From positions 352,030 through 416,029 of IMG/VR virus record IMGVR_UViG_3300027896_005002: a stretch of DNA of 64,000 nucleotides, one strand, 5' to 3'. Positions within the stretch are counted from its first letter, which is position 1. The number at the start of each line of letters is the position of its first letter. Below, piece by piece: positions 11,001 to 19,169 of the stretch. Position numbers and translations under genes: made by a program. Under the pieces are notes generated by a model. That model searched no databases and had not been told where the DNA came from. It saw only the letters and a list, made by a program, of their open reading frames with translations.

Positions 11001-11443
11001 ATAAAATTGTTTAAAATAGCATCATCATATGTTAAAGCTAATTGTATTGTTGTCGGAGATGTAATGATTACATAATAATTTGTTCCTACAACTAATGGAT
11101 CTGGCAACGCAAATCCCGAAACATTTACAATATCACCAACAGTATAAATACTAGAATCAAAAACATTTAATTCGCTTGTTAGTATATTAGCAATAAAAGA
11201 TACTGGACCATTTACTGTGAAATTAAATGCATTACTCGACCAAAAACCTTTAGCAACTATGGGATAAGTTTCGTCTTGTAATATAAATGGACTGATATAT
11301 TGTAATCTTGTAATCGAAGTTTTAGGATCAGTACCATCTAAAGTATAATATGTATCACTTGGTTCATTTACTGTAAAATAAACTGCAAAAAAACTATTAC
11401 ACCACTGTGTTGAAATATTGCTAACAGTTATTGGAATTCCCAT
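5060..11443 (-). CDS. 2127-aa baseplate/fibre-associated repeat protein (OmpL47-like Ig repeats, Fn3-associated domains, 8 LPxPL-YY modules)
   Basis: About 7 D..P.T...YFS.D.AGN.E repeats, two YYT.DGT.P motifs and 8 TGD.V...LP.PL....YY.I..S...LA modules; sits between the J-like and wedge genes. Confidence 0.6.
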   Translation of the reverse strand: MGIPITVSNISTQWCNSFFAVYFTVNEPSDTYYTLDGTDPKTSITRLQYISPFILQDETYPIVAKGFWSSNAFNFTVNGPVSFIANILTSELNVFDSSIYTVGDIVNVSGFALPDPLVVGTNYYVIITSPTTIQLALTYDDAILNNFITLISTGVGGQLETSILNVDIPANVFVCDSITDLLIGNNSYNTGDIVTLTGGSLPTPLQENIYYFVIHISNTSIKLAASYTDALANIPIDLTTGGAATASEILFIRDMPINFISDLGDDILYLNLSLDIYTTGDIITVSGNSLPSPLNTSTNYYAIRISESSLKLALTFDDAKANIAIHLTNNGSGTVRSYSITTVSGAGKPVIPSNYATLADLIIGENLSISDIFNTADGSDVTSGELTTAKAASLNADDAFTVDTLSTVLFDDSLPSVLSETTNYYIIRLSDTQIRLSISQENARDINFVDIASTGIGRLITSIITISNDNNYFTGDIVTVSGPSIPVPLVSGTQYYVIRLSSTTIRLATTFANAVANNFIDFTFAGTGDITITGLRIRYYSISHSTSEINDVQTEYVKIDSHSPITTVNTNIVPDGSNNWYLTSPIISLSATDNVSGLKQIFYSWDGQPFQEYTSLFITIPNIGVHYLQAYSVDIAGNKEDALTQVFKYDNIVPSTEILIPLTVSHEPVTITFLTTDSASDNTTTYYTIDGTTPTINSKSGSSFEIKDSGLYVVKFFSVDDAGNIESVKQSDPFRIELGETTLQVILTESFPINGKHGWYRSSPDIGVVTNKPNLINTLQYKIAPNSKPTTATYTSTVQITSPIDLFNGSLISLEIDQSGQPLTIDIRGVDSRNTSIQDIIDGINNAIGTVIATQTGVDGLAGTGYITVTSPAAATGVATSEIKFVNPGKFDATLTVFGLDFDLQPEYTFTETYLYQTYTNLFTLPSDNIWLVSAKAVTDTETAITQKIYYLDSTNPETSISIFPGSINNYYTQQQQITLTATDNISGVDKIIYQMDKDPTIRYYTGPIQLPFVLASRTITFVYFSSDIAGNIESPHEIILNFDIAPPITSINSVSTNYINDFTDIDRIQDTDEETDEKWQNNYGPIGDHIQDAGFIVPSRYDILCTLAPVVDYNDVTRQYEITSLMTPSLRQTLQYFRTWTELDAYLATLNLNYTHIAFTADSLTDILTVSSNIYQTGYVVNVIGSSLPAPLTESTNYYAIRLSATQLQLAATYADAIAIVPTPIDLTSSGNGDLVRVTPEATIFNSHAPTLFTVSIIIDDTLDLSEPNYKYATGDAVKLTGLSLPEPLVRNQTYYIIKLSPIAIKLAYSYANAIANNAIELASLGSGNIITDFRLYLLPTDDLSVTVTELPIDRDVVNNILTVSGIIDSIVTVFNDTTSQYLTVDYFNDNKIYILEPFGVSDNILVNYTYSRITSTDYIVTYSADDINFTTRSGSGLIVILADSGFYNLQYRSTDIAGNVEPFETYPAKIAIINQRPVIITDIVDSLHTNNPLSPNSDGWYINGTSPEIKVTFEDQLHYVFKESSFVVSINKSVIPSLYANLTQLTTTENLLISYFPQTSFVASAATDILTVPVNTYETGDVVEIIAPIFPDLLPTPLTTMTAYYAIYVSSTELKLALTYNDAVNNIFIDLTTDGSGSLNNANRFFSGDGTDTGDGALAAAKGSSIVQGDTFFVTSSSTVVYLETISISGAYIVTFEAFRVDPFIEQMISVSSIVNTIHGGIYSSITLDINPSRFFAATNVALLGNDTFEIDYIFTTSQDNVTPLSKQIDIIPHSTSTVSYVDDFYNQLSPHLFFNGVSYTYNFEGQHTAFVAIIDKNNNLTIESTITQLVGFNNIIKLDTFIPVTTDDTSSIIGWNPAPGHTGWVSSAIVTLSATDFNTPNNSGIKSITYNIHGLVPDVVVTSPTPVDIFDASIILDISGQYTIKYFAQDYAGNIELVQTATDIVQIDNIAPITSVVVSPPNGLENWYVTNPNISLTAVDAHSGVNAIYYKWDNSIFFMVYTGVFLIPSEGIHTLYFFSVDNVGNTEQIKSYVFKLDVNPPTTIDNISGQWTNNPVITFTAIDNVSGAKRTYYEIRLSSIPVPDPTLLSPYTETFTITVPLSGIYHIKYFSVDVAGNVESIKVG

Positions 11444-11451
11444 AGTATCCC

Positions 11452-14400
11452 TTAGATAATATTGATGATTAATGATTTAAGATTCAAATAATCTAAATCT
11501 GATACAATGATGTCATTCGCACCAGATTCTCCATGTACATTATATGCGACAGTCACATTAAAATTTGTCACGCTTGAACTAATCTGACTGACAATTGTAT
11601 GATTCCCTGTACCTTGATTTATAAAAGGTATTGCAATTCCGGACTGAGCATTAGCTAGTGAACTTGCAATTCTAATATAAATATTGTTAAGAAATATCAC
11701 ATAATAATCTGTTAATGGTAGTAAAGGATCAGGTAATGATCCTGTTGAAATAAATTGAACCTTTGTTCCTGTTTCCCATACTTGACTTACAAGAATAGTG
11801 TTATTTACTATATTTATATCAGTTGCGGCAACAACTTCCTGTTGATAATTAACAGATAAATAGATAGATCCATCACTACTAATATATGCTTGATTTGCAA
11901 AAGTTTTGACATCATCTGGTGTCGCAACTAATGTAAGATCAACATTATCTTTTGTCACTCTCCAAAATTTTGAAATATCACTGCTACTACCCAATGTCTT
12001 ATATCTTAATATACCAGCTAATGTTTTATAAACAATAGCATTTCCAACTTGATAAATAAACCAATTAATACTGTTTGGTATTACCTCGTTTGCAATATGA
12101 ACACCATCAGATATTTTCATTGTTGTCATAGGCAAACTAACATAATCAACATCTGCACTATCATCAATTACAGCAACGACATCACTTTGACTAATTCTAT
12201 CACCCATTTTCTTTTGATCAAATATTGTAAACAATTTAGTTGAAAGTTGATCTTTAACTACTGGAGTATTTGCACCAGTAGCTAATTTTACATTAAATTC
12301 TAAGTCAACATCAATTTGATTTGCAGCTTTAACCAAAACATCTGCAGTAACGTGTCTTGAAACATTTATTTTATCTTGTATAGTTTTAATTAATGAATTC
12401 ACAGTATAAGTTGCAGTCATTTGTTCACCATATTTATAACTTACGATAACTGTTTGACCCGTTGATATTGAAGATGTATTTGATCTTGCAATTTGAACAT
12501 AATTAAATGGTGTTTCTGCAGACAATATCAAATAATCATTATTTAATTCATATGTTATTGTTTGTGTTAAATCAGTAACTACAATTGTATGCTCATCAAT
12601 TCCTTTTTTATTTAACGACTTGTAATCAAGTCCGGCAAGCACAACATTCTCACTAAAATCATATAATTGTCCTTCAGGCATTCCTGTACTAGGATTATAT
12701 AGTAGTGTCACACTTCGTTGTGATCTTACTGAATTTCCTTCAATTAAAATATCGTCAACCTTATTAAATGTGTATCCTGAACCTTCCTGTAAAACTGTCC
12801 CATTAGCTGTAACAATAGAAACAATAGTATCAACTGGTTGATTTGAAAAAATAATCGGCGGCGATTTACGATAACGATATGTCATTCTAACAATATCTGT
12901 TGACAATAATCCAATAGTACTATTAATAGCATTATGAGTATTAATATTAATAGTTTTTCCATCAGCTTCTATTAATATCGCTTCAACAACATTGTCATGA
13001 CTTAATAATGCTGTTATTTCTCCACCAGAAGCACTTGCAATAACAACTTCATTTAATACTGTTGTAACATATTTATAATCTGCAGTCAACATGTCACCAA
13101 CAGCAATAAATGTATTATAAAATCTTTGTGTCGTCAATGCACTATTTATTGTTACAATGCCCGTACTATAATCTATTGTATAATCTAAATCTTTTACTAA
13201 TGTCACTTTTGTATCAGGAGTAATTACTAATGATCCAAAACCAGCATCAACAAAACCAATTGCCACACCTGCTAATGCATTTTCTATTGTTGTGGCTAAT
13301 TTCAACTGTCTTGTTCCAGTTTCTGTTAATCTACTACAAATCACATAATAGCCTATATCAGCTACTAATGGAGCAGGTAATATTCCTGAAGGACTTGAAA
13401 CTAAGACTTTATCACCAGTTCTGAAAATATGACGTTCACCTGTTGTTATTGTTATAACTGATACTGGAAAACCAACTGTTGATATTGTCCACGGATTAAA
13501 TGATCCTGATCCAGCAGTAGACGTCACATTCACGACTAAAATTCCTGTCATCACATCATATGATGTTACAGCTCCTTGCATTTTATGTGTATCATCATAT
13601 TTAAGTTCAATGACTTCATCAACACTAAACATCAAATTCAAATCATTTGTAATTACAGTTTGTAATCCTGTACTTATTGAAACTATCGTATTTGATGTTG
13701 TTAAATTTCCAACTACAAAATTATTTGTTCTCGATCCATAAATTATCTCAGAAAATAATGCTACTGGATTATTAATAGTTTGAATAGTTTGGGGATCAAG
13801 AACTATTACTGTTTCATTTGTAATTGCAACTTTATAATCATAATCTGCAACTATTTGATCACCAAACGATAATGGTGTATCAAATGTCATTTCTCCCGTT
13901 ATTAAATCCATTGAATATTGATCTTTAGGTAAAATAACAGCATTTCTTTTAATTGTAAAATTGCCTGTCAAATCATATAATTTACTTTTTGTTATATTCT
14001 CAATCATTTGTATTAAATAAACAGGATCATCAATTGAAACATCTGGATTTATAACTTGAATTCTCCACTGTACTGGTAAACTAGCAACAACAACCACTAC
14101 TGTTTCATCAATCACACCATTATATACAAAACCAAAAGTATCAGTATAACTTATTTCTGAAAATCCTTTAAAATAAATATCAACTTTTCCATAAGCATGC
14201 TGCTTTCTTACAATATCATAATCTCTTTGCATTAATGGATGACCTGCATCAACTACTAAAACATCTTGAACGTATTGAACACCAATAGTTGTTCTTAAAT
14301 ATCCGTCAAGAGTTCCAATATCTAAACCAGTAAAAGCCAACATTGCTCTAAAAGCTAAATTACTATTACTTTCACTATCAGATCCTTCTTGCGTCGGCCT

Positions 14401-15483
14401 TATATTTGTTACCTGAAATTGTGTAAATGTAGAGTTTGTAATTGTGCCAGCATCAACATTTGTTATAGAGCCTGTTTGAACAGATTGTACTGGAGCAGTT
14501 ACTTCATATCGTTGTGTAGCTTCATTAAAATATTGATCAATTGAAGATATCAACATTTTAGCTTCAGCCAATGTTTGAAAATTTATGGCAGGCACTGTTG
14601 ATGTTGCTGTCGTTGACACAATAGTATTTAACGGTACAGTTATTGTTGCTGTTGGTTTTATTATAGTATAAAAAACAACTTCACCTATAGATCCAGTTGC
14701 AGGCTCTCTAAATGTTTGACTATTTGCTGCAAGTTTGTCAAAAGAAAAATCAATCAAACTTTGTACATCTGCATCTACAGTTAAATGTAATGCTGCCTTT
14801 AACTGTTGTTTATATACAGAATTTGATACACTGATTGATGATCCAGTATTATTAGGATCATCAATATTTAACAACGTTAGAAAAGATTGTGACCTCAAAA
14901 GAAAATCAATATAAATGTATAAATCACCATAATTAGCAGCATGTGGATCAATATGAATGTCTCTAGTCATTGTACCAGGTTTAACATCAAGATCAGGATA
15001 TCTATCAAGCATTCGACCAATCATTGTTTGAGCTACATCACTTGTAGATCTAACAGGAAAATCAACAATACTTGATGTTATTATTATTGGTACATCGCTT
15101 ATTTCAATAGAAAATAAACTTTCTTCATTACCATTATTAACAGCAGTAATTACATAATATTGTCGTCTATTATCAACAAGCCCGCTATGAGTATAAGCAT
15201 AAATTGATATATTTTGAAAGTCTTCAACTGTTGTTGTAGTTTTTACACCACCTATTACTTGTACTGTAGTTGTAGAATCAATCACTTTTTGAACAACACT
15301 ATTCACAACTGTAATTAATTCATTATTTAATTTAGCATATCCACTAACACCACCACCAGAAGTAGTGGCATTATAAATATTATAACCTTTAATATCAGTT
15401 TCAGGATTGGCATCCCATTTTATGATGACTGCATTTCCTGATGATTCTGTAAATAGACCGGTAGGCTGTGAAGGTCTAGACAT
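11452..15483 (-). CDS. Baseplate J-like (T4 gp6-type) wedge protein with N-terminal FN3 and inserted modules
   Basis: LDVKPGTMTRDI, REPATGSIGEVVFY and GSDSESNSNLAFRA are baseplate J motifs. N-terminal FN3-like PSQPTGL..IIKWDAN.ETDIKGYNIY. Start moved to the ATG at 15483 (SD AAGGA). Confidence 0.85.
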   Translation of the reverse strand: MSRPSQPTGLFTESSGNAVIIKWDANPETDIKGYNIYNATTSGGGVSGYAKLNNELITVVNSVVQKVIDSTTTVQVIGGVKTTTTVEDFQNISIYAYTHSGLVDNRRQYYVITAVNNGNEESLFSIEISDVPIIITSSIVDFPVRSTSDVAQTMIGRMLDRYPDLDVKPGTMTRDIHIDPHAANYGDLYIYIDFLLRSQSFLTLLNIDDPNNTGSSISVSNSVYKQQLKAALHLTVDADVQSLIDFSFDKLAANSQTFREPATGSIGEVVFYTIIKPTATITVPLNTIVSTTATSTVPAINFQTLAEAKMLISSIDQYFNEATQRYEVTAPVQSVQTGSITNVDAGTITNSTFTQFQVTNIRPTQEGSDSESNSNLAFRAMLAFTGLDIGTLDGYLRTTIGVQYVQDVLVVDAGHPLMQRDYDIVRKQHAYGKVDIYFKGFSEISYTDTFGFVYNGVIDETVVVVVASLPVQWRIQVINPDVSIDDPVYLIQMIENITKSKLYDLTGNFTIKRNAVILPKDQYSMDLITGEMTFDTPLSFGDQIVADYDYKVAITNETVIVLDPQTIQTINNPVALFSEIIYGSRTNNFVVGNLTTSNTIVSISTGLQTVITNDLNLMFSVDEVIELKYDDTHKMQGAVTSYDVMTGILVVNVTSTAGSGSFNPWTISTVGFPVSVITITTGERHIFRTGDKVLVSSPSGILPAPLVADIGYYVICSRLTETGTRQLKLATTIENALAGVAIGFVDAGFGSLVITPDTKVTLVKDLDYTIDYSTGIVTINSALTTQRFYNTFIAVGDMLTADYKYVTTVLNEVVIASASGGEITALLSHDNVVEAILIEADGKTININTHNAINSTIGLLSTDIVRMTYRYRKSPPIIFSNQPVDTIVSIVTANGTVLQEGSGYTFNKVDDILIEGNSVRSQRSVTLLYNPSTGMPEGQLYDFSENVVLAGLDYKSLNKKGIDEHTIVVTDLTQTITYELNNDYLILSAETPFNYVQIARSNTSSISTGQTVIVSYKYGEQMTATYTVNSLIKTIQDKINVSRHVTADVLVKAANQIDVDLEFNVKLATGANTPVVKDQLSTKLFTIFDQKKMGDRISQSDVVAVIDDSADVDYVSLPMTTMKISDGVHIANEVIPNSINWFIYQVGNAIVYKTLAGILRYKTLGSSSDISKFWRVTKDNVDLTLVATPDDVKTFANQAYISSDGSIYLSVNYQQEVVAATDINIVNNTILVSQVWETGTKVQFISTGSLPDPLLPLTDYYVIFLNNIYIRIASSLANAQSGIAIPFINQGTGNHTIVSQISSSVTNFNVTVAYNVHGESGANDIIVSDLDYLNLKSLIINII

Positions 15484-16267
15484 GAAATGTCCTTTCAACT
15501 ATTTTATTTCTAATTTTTCTTGTTATAATCAATGTCTTAATAATTTTAGATAATTTTTTTCCTTTTTTTGATTCACCAATTTTTCTTTTTGTTTCTTCAG
15601 ATAATTTTTTTCCTTTTCTTGACTCACTAATTTTTTTCCTAGCTTCTTCAGACATTTTTTTACCTTTTTTTGATTCACTAATTTTTCTTCTAGTTTCATC
15701 AGAACATGGTCTATTATAAAAATTAGGATTGTTTTTTCTTGTTTCATTCATTTTTCTTTTCACTTCATCTGAAAGATGTTTACCAAATAAATAATGATTT
15801 TCACCTTTATTTGATTCACTTATTTTCTTTCTAGTCTTTTTTGAATGATGCTTGCCAAACATTGGATGATTTTTACCTGACTTTATTTCACTTAATTTCT
15901 TTTTATGCTCTTCAGTAAATTTCCTACCCTTTGATGCTATACTTAATTTTTTTCTAGTTTCTTCTGATATTATTTTACCCTTACCACCTTCATTTAAGTT
16001 ATAACCTTTTTGTGGATTCATAGTATTATGCATTTTTATAAAATACTGTTCAGCTTTATCTAAAGTAGAGTTGTCTAAAGTATTACATTTTATACTCCAC
16101 TCAAATTTATCAAACCCATACTTTCTAAGAGCTCTATGAAAATAAAGATCATCATTTTTCATAGCATCTTTAAAATGTTGAATCCTTCGTTTTTCTAAAG
16201 TTCTAGTAGTCTGACCAAAATAAAGTTTTCCGTTTATTTTATTTTTAACTTGATAAATTATAGACAT
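15476..16267 (-). mobile_element. Free-standing GIY-YIG homing endonuclease with NUMOD3 repeats
   Basis: IIYQVKNKINGKLYFGQT..LEKRRIQH, E..FI, GYNLNEGG and repeated SEETRKKISES motifs; Lys-rich composition unlike its neighbours. Confidence 0.9.
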
Positions 16268-17763
16268 TAATTTCCTTGAAAGAGCGGCTTGTTAAACATT
16301 AGTGATGTGTCCAACTGAATAGCTGTCGCAGCTTGAGATACAACAGTAGCATCTATATCATAAAAATCTGGATCAATATCACTCTGTTCAACAATAATAT
16401 TACTAAGAAAACTAAAAAATTCTTCATCATCAACTTGTTGATACTGTGTCTGTTGTGTTTGTAAATCTTTCATCTTCTCACCAGCATCAATAATCTCACC
16501 TTTAAATTTCGGTATATAATATTCCGATGGCTTAGCTGTACCAATATAAGATATTAATGATGTTCCATACCATGGATGTGCTGTATTTGTTCCTTTTATT
16601 GCTGTTACAAGTTTCAATAAATCTTGCAACATTTTTTGCTCTTTAACCACTGTAATTACATCATGTAACTTATCATAATCATAATCATTAACTTGACCAG
16701 TTCTTCTACATTTTCTGCATTTTAATATTGTGACTTGATAATCTAATGATATTATATCTGTCGGCACATTTTCATCTCTATAATTATATGAAATTGTCAC
16801 AGTATCAGTTATTTTTGGTACAAATCCTAAATTAATTTCACCTGTTATTGCATCCATATTAACTGGAGTAATACGTTGTCCATTAACTAATACAGCTACT
16901 TGAGTTATCATTGTTGCATTTGGATCTGTTCTTATTTTTGCTTTTGGTGGAATTATAGGTTTATGTTGTGTATAAAAATAATTTTCAATACCAGTAAATT
17001 GATTTGACACATCTTCATCCTGAATCAAAAATTGATTTGTTTGTTTTTGTTGATCAAAAATAATCTTACTTACACCAAATGTGTTATCAAATGTTAATTG
17101 CCACCCATCCTTAAATAATGGATAATAAAATATTGCAACAGTTTGATTCGTTGGAATAACCTCTTTAATTGTTATTCTACCTGTTGTTGCGTCAACATTC
17201 TTAACATGCGCCCTATATATATAAGATACAGTCACAATTGCACCAGCAACCGGCGCATTTTTTAATATTATTTTACCAAATATAGGTTCAATAGAATCAA
17301 TATCTACAATAACAGAATTAACTTTGACTGTAATATCATTTTTTGTTAGTTGTGTTGCATATATGTCATATTTTGACATTAAAGGTCTATGTTGTGTCAC
17401 TAAAAGTGTATCTATACCTGTAAACTGAGCTGAAGCATCTTCATCAGTAATAGTTACTTGTACAATTACATCATAAGGTCTTGATGCCAATATTTTTCTA
17501 TTTGAACCATCATAAATTGGTATTTTAGATGCTACATAAATAGTATTTGATCCTGTAATTTGTGATGTTACATCTTCTGTAAATAAAAGTTCTGTTGTGT
17601 TATTTCTATTTAAAGGCACACCATCAACTCTAACAATCATACTATCAGGATTTGCAACAATAGAACTAATTGTCACTGTTTTGAAATCAGTATCTTCAAC
17701 ACAGTATTCATCCTCAGATACTTTATGATCACAATATCGTAAAAGTTTTGTATCAAATGACAT
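16267..17763 (-). CDS. Baseplate gp25-like (sheath initiator) protein with three inserted EDVSxQ modules
   Basis: C-terminal KMLQDLLKLV...GTNTAHPWYGTSL matches the gp25/GPW pattern; adjacent to the J-like gene. Confidence 0.75.
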   Translation of the reverse strand: MSFDTKLLRYCDHKVSEDEYCVEDTDFKTVTISSIVANPDSMIVRVDGVPLNRNNTTELLFTEDVTSQITGSNTIYVASKIPIYDGSNRKILASRPYDVIVQVTITDEDASAQFTGIDTLLVTQHRPLMSKYDIYATQLTKNDITVKVNSVIVDIDSIEPIFGKIILKNAPVAGAIVTVSYIYRAHVKNVDATTGRITIKEVIPTNQTVAIFYYPLFKDGWQLTFDNTFGVSKIIFDQQKQTNQFLIQDEDVSNQFTGIENYFYTQHKPIIPPKAKIRTDPNATMITQVAVLVNGQRITPVNMDAITGEINLGFVPKITDTVTISYNYRDENVPTDIISLDYQVTILKCRKCRRTGQVNDYDYDKLHDVITVVKEQKMLQDLLKLVTAIKGTNTAHPWYGTSLISYIGTAKPSEYYIPKFKGEIIDAGEKMKDLQTQQTQYQQVDDEEFFSFLSNIIVEQSDIDPDFYDIDATVVSQAATAIQLDTSLMFNKPLFQGN

Positions 17764-18227
17764 TAGGTCACAATCCCTTCTGTCTTTAAATACCTATGTT
17801 TATTGTCAAACAATGAATTAATTGTTTCGATATTAGTTCTAAAATCTGACTTAGTAATCCGTAACAAATGAATTCTTTCTTGCAATTGTTCTATTTTATC
17901 AAGAATTTTTCTATTTCGATGTTCAATATTATCTCTTACTTTAATATTTGAATAAAAAGGTTCTTTTATTCTCTGTACTAAAATAGCAGAATCAATGTCA
18001 TCAACTTGTGTAGGTACTACTCTAAAAAAAGATTTTTCAAAAGTTTTAAACTTAACATTCATACGATTGGAATAATCTGATAAATCAGATAATGTTTTCT
18101 GTAACTGGCCTATCTCAAAAATCATATGATTAATTTGTGCATCTACACTATCAAGTTGACTTTGCAGATACGTACGTAAAGATTCAAGTTCTTGTTTTGA
18201 AAATATTCCCAAAAAATCAAATGCCAT
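17763..18227 (-). CDS. Hypothetical coiled-coil protein (baseplate region)
   Basis: 154-aa helical ORF whose stop overlaps the start of the gp25-like gene (TAATG). Confidence 0.6.
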   Translation of the reverse strand: MAFDFLGIFSKQELESLRTYLQSQLDSVDAQINHMIFEIGQLQKTLSDLSDYSNRMNVKFKTFEKSFFRVVPTQVDDIDSAILVQRIKEPFYSNIKVRDNIEHRNRKILDKIEQLQERIHLLRITKSDFRTNIETINSLFDNKHRYLKTEGIVT

Positions 18228-18295
18228 GAATGTCTCTTTTCATAATTGTAAGATATTATGATTTTATAAAACGATTATCGATATTGAGAGGATAT

Positions 18296-18332
18296 AAAGA
18301 CATTCTCCCTTAATAGGTCGATGAATGTCTTT
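18296..18332 (-). promoter_or_regulatory. Kink-turn hairpin, copy 1
   Basis: Minus-strand RNA: AAAGACAUUC-AUC-GA-CCU-AUUA-AGG-GA-GAAUGUCUUU, i.e. 10-bp C-stem, 3-nt bulge, tandem G.A/A.G pairs and 3-bp NC-stem. Confidence 0.7.
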
Positions 18333-18363
18333 GAGGGATAAAAGAAGCAAGAATTATAAATTT

Positions 18364-19122
18364 TTAATCGTACATCTCACCTTCTCGATGTTGTGCTAAA
18401 GATTTAAGATCACTAATAAAATAACTGTCAACTTTTGAAATTTCAGGACCCCAGTCACCAGATCTTAGTACTGCTTTTTTATGTTCTTTTGTTGGAATAA
18501 CCATAAGAGTCATACCGTCAGGATCTACACCACCATGTGGTCCCTCACCAACAGAAAATAATTGTTTGGGATATTTCTTCTTCAACTTAATAATTCTATT
18601 TACCATTCTTTTAGGACTAGTATGTGACATATCAAAATCAAAAGTTTTTAAACCTTTTACTAATTTTTGATCAGCATCTTCTAATTCTTTATTTTCTTTT
18701 GTTAAAATACTAACAACAGTATTTTTACTATATTTCTTATATGAAAGTATAATTTCATTTCCATCTTTATTCCATGTTCTGACGCCAATATGGTAATCAG
18801 TTTTAGGTAATTTCTTACTTTTTCCATAATGTTCATTAAATTGTTTAAATAATTCTTTATATTTTCTTTTAGATTTATCTGGAAACGATTCACGTATTGC
18901 ATAATCTCCATCACCTTCAGGCTCATTTTGCAATAATGATTTAATAGATTCAGAATGTTCTTGCGTGTCTTCTCCAGAAACTTCACGTTTTGGTCTCGCA
19001 GTTAACCGTCTTTTACTTTTCCTATGTCTTTTTAAATAAGCCCTTTGTTCATCTAAAGACAAATCATCCCATTTTCTTGCTTCTTTAACAAATTCTGATT
19101 GAATTATAGCCAAATGTTTCAT
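18364..19122 (-). CDS. Hypothetical basic/charged protein
   Basis: 252-aa ORF with a strong AAGGAG SD; contains KWDDLSLDEQRAYLKRHRKSKRR; no recognisable family. Confidence 0.65.
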   Translation of the reverse strand: MKHLAIIQSEFVKEARKWDDLSLDEQRAYLKRHRKSKRRLTARPKREVSGEDTQEHSESIKSLLQNEPEGDGDYAIRESFPDKSKRKYKELFKQFNEHYGKSKKLPKTDYHIGVRTWNKDGNEIILSYKKYSKNTVVSILTKENKELEDADQKLVKGLKTFDFDMSHTSPKRMVNRIIKLKKKYPKQLFSVGEGPHGGVDPDGMTLMVIPTKEHKKAVLRSGDWGPEISKVDSYFISDLKSLAQHREGEMYD

Positions 19123-19169
19123 TATTACTCCTTGAATGTTTCTTAAACTATAACTGACTTATCAATTGA

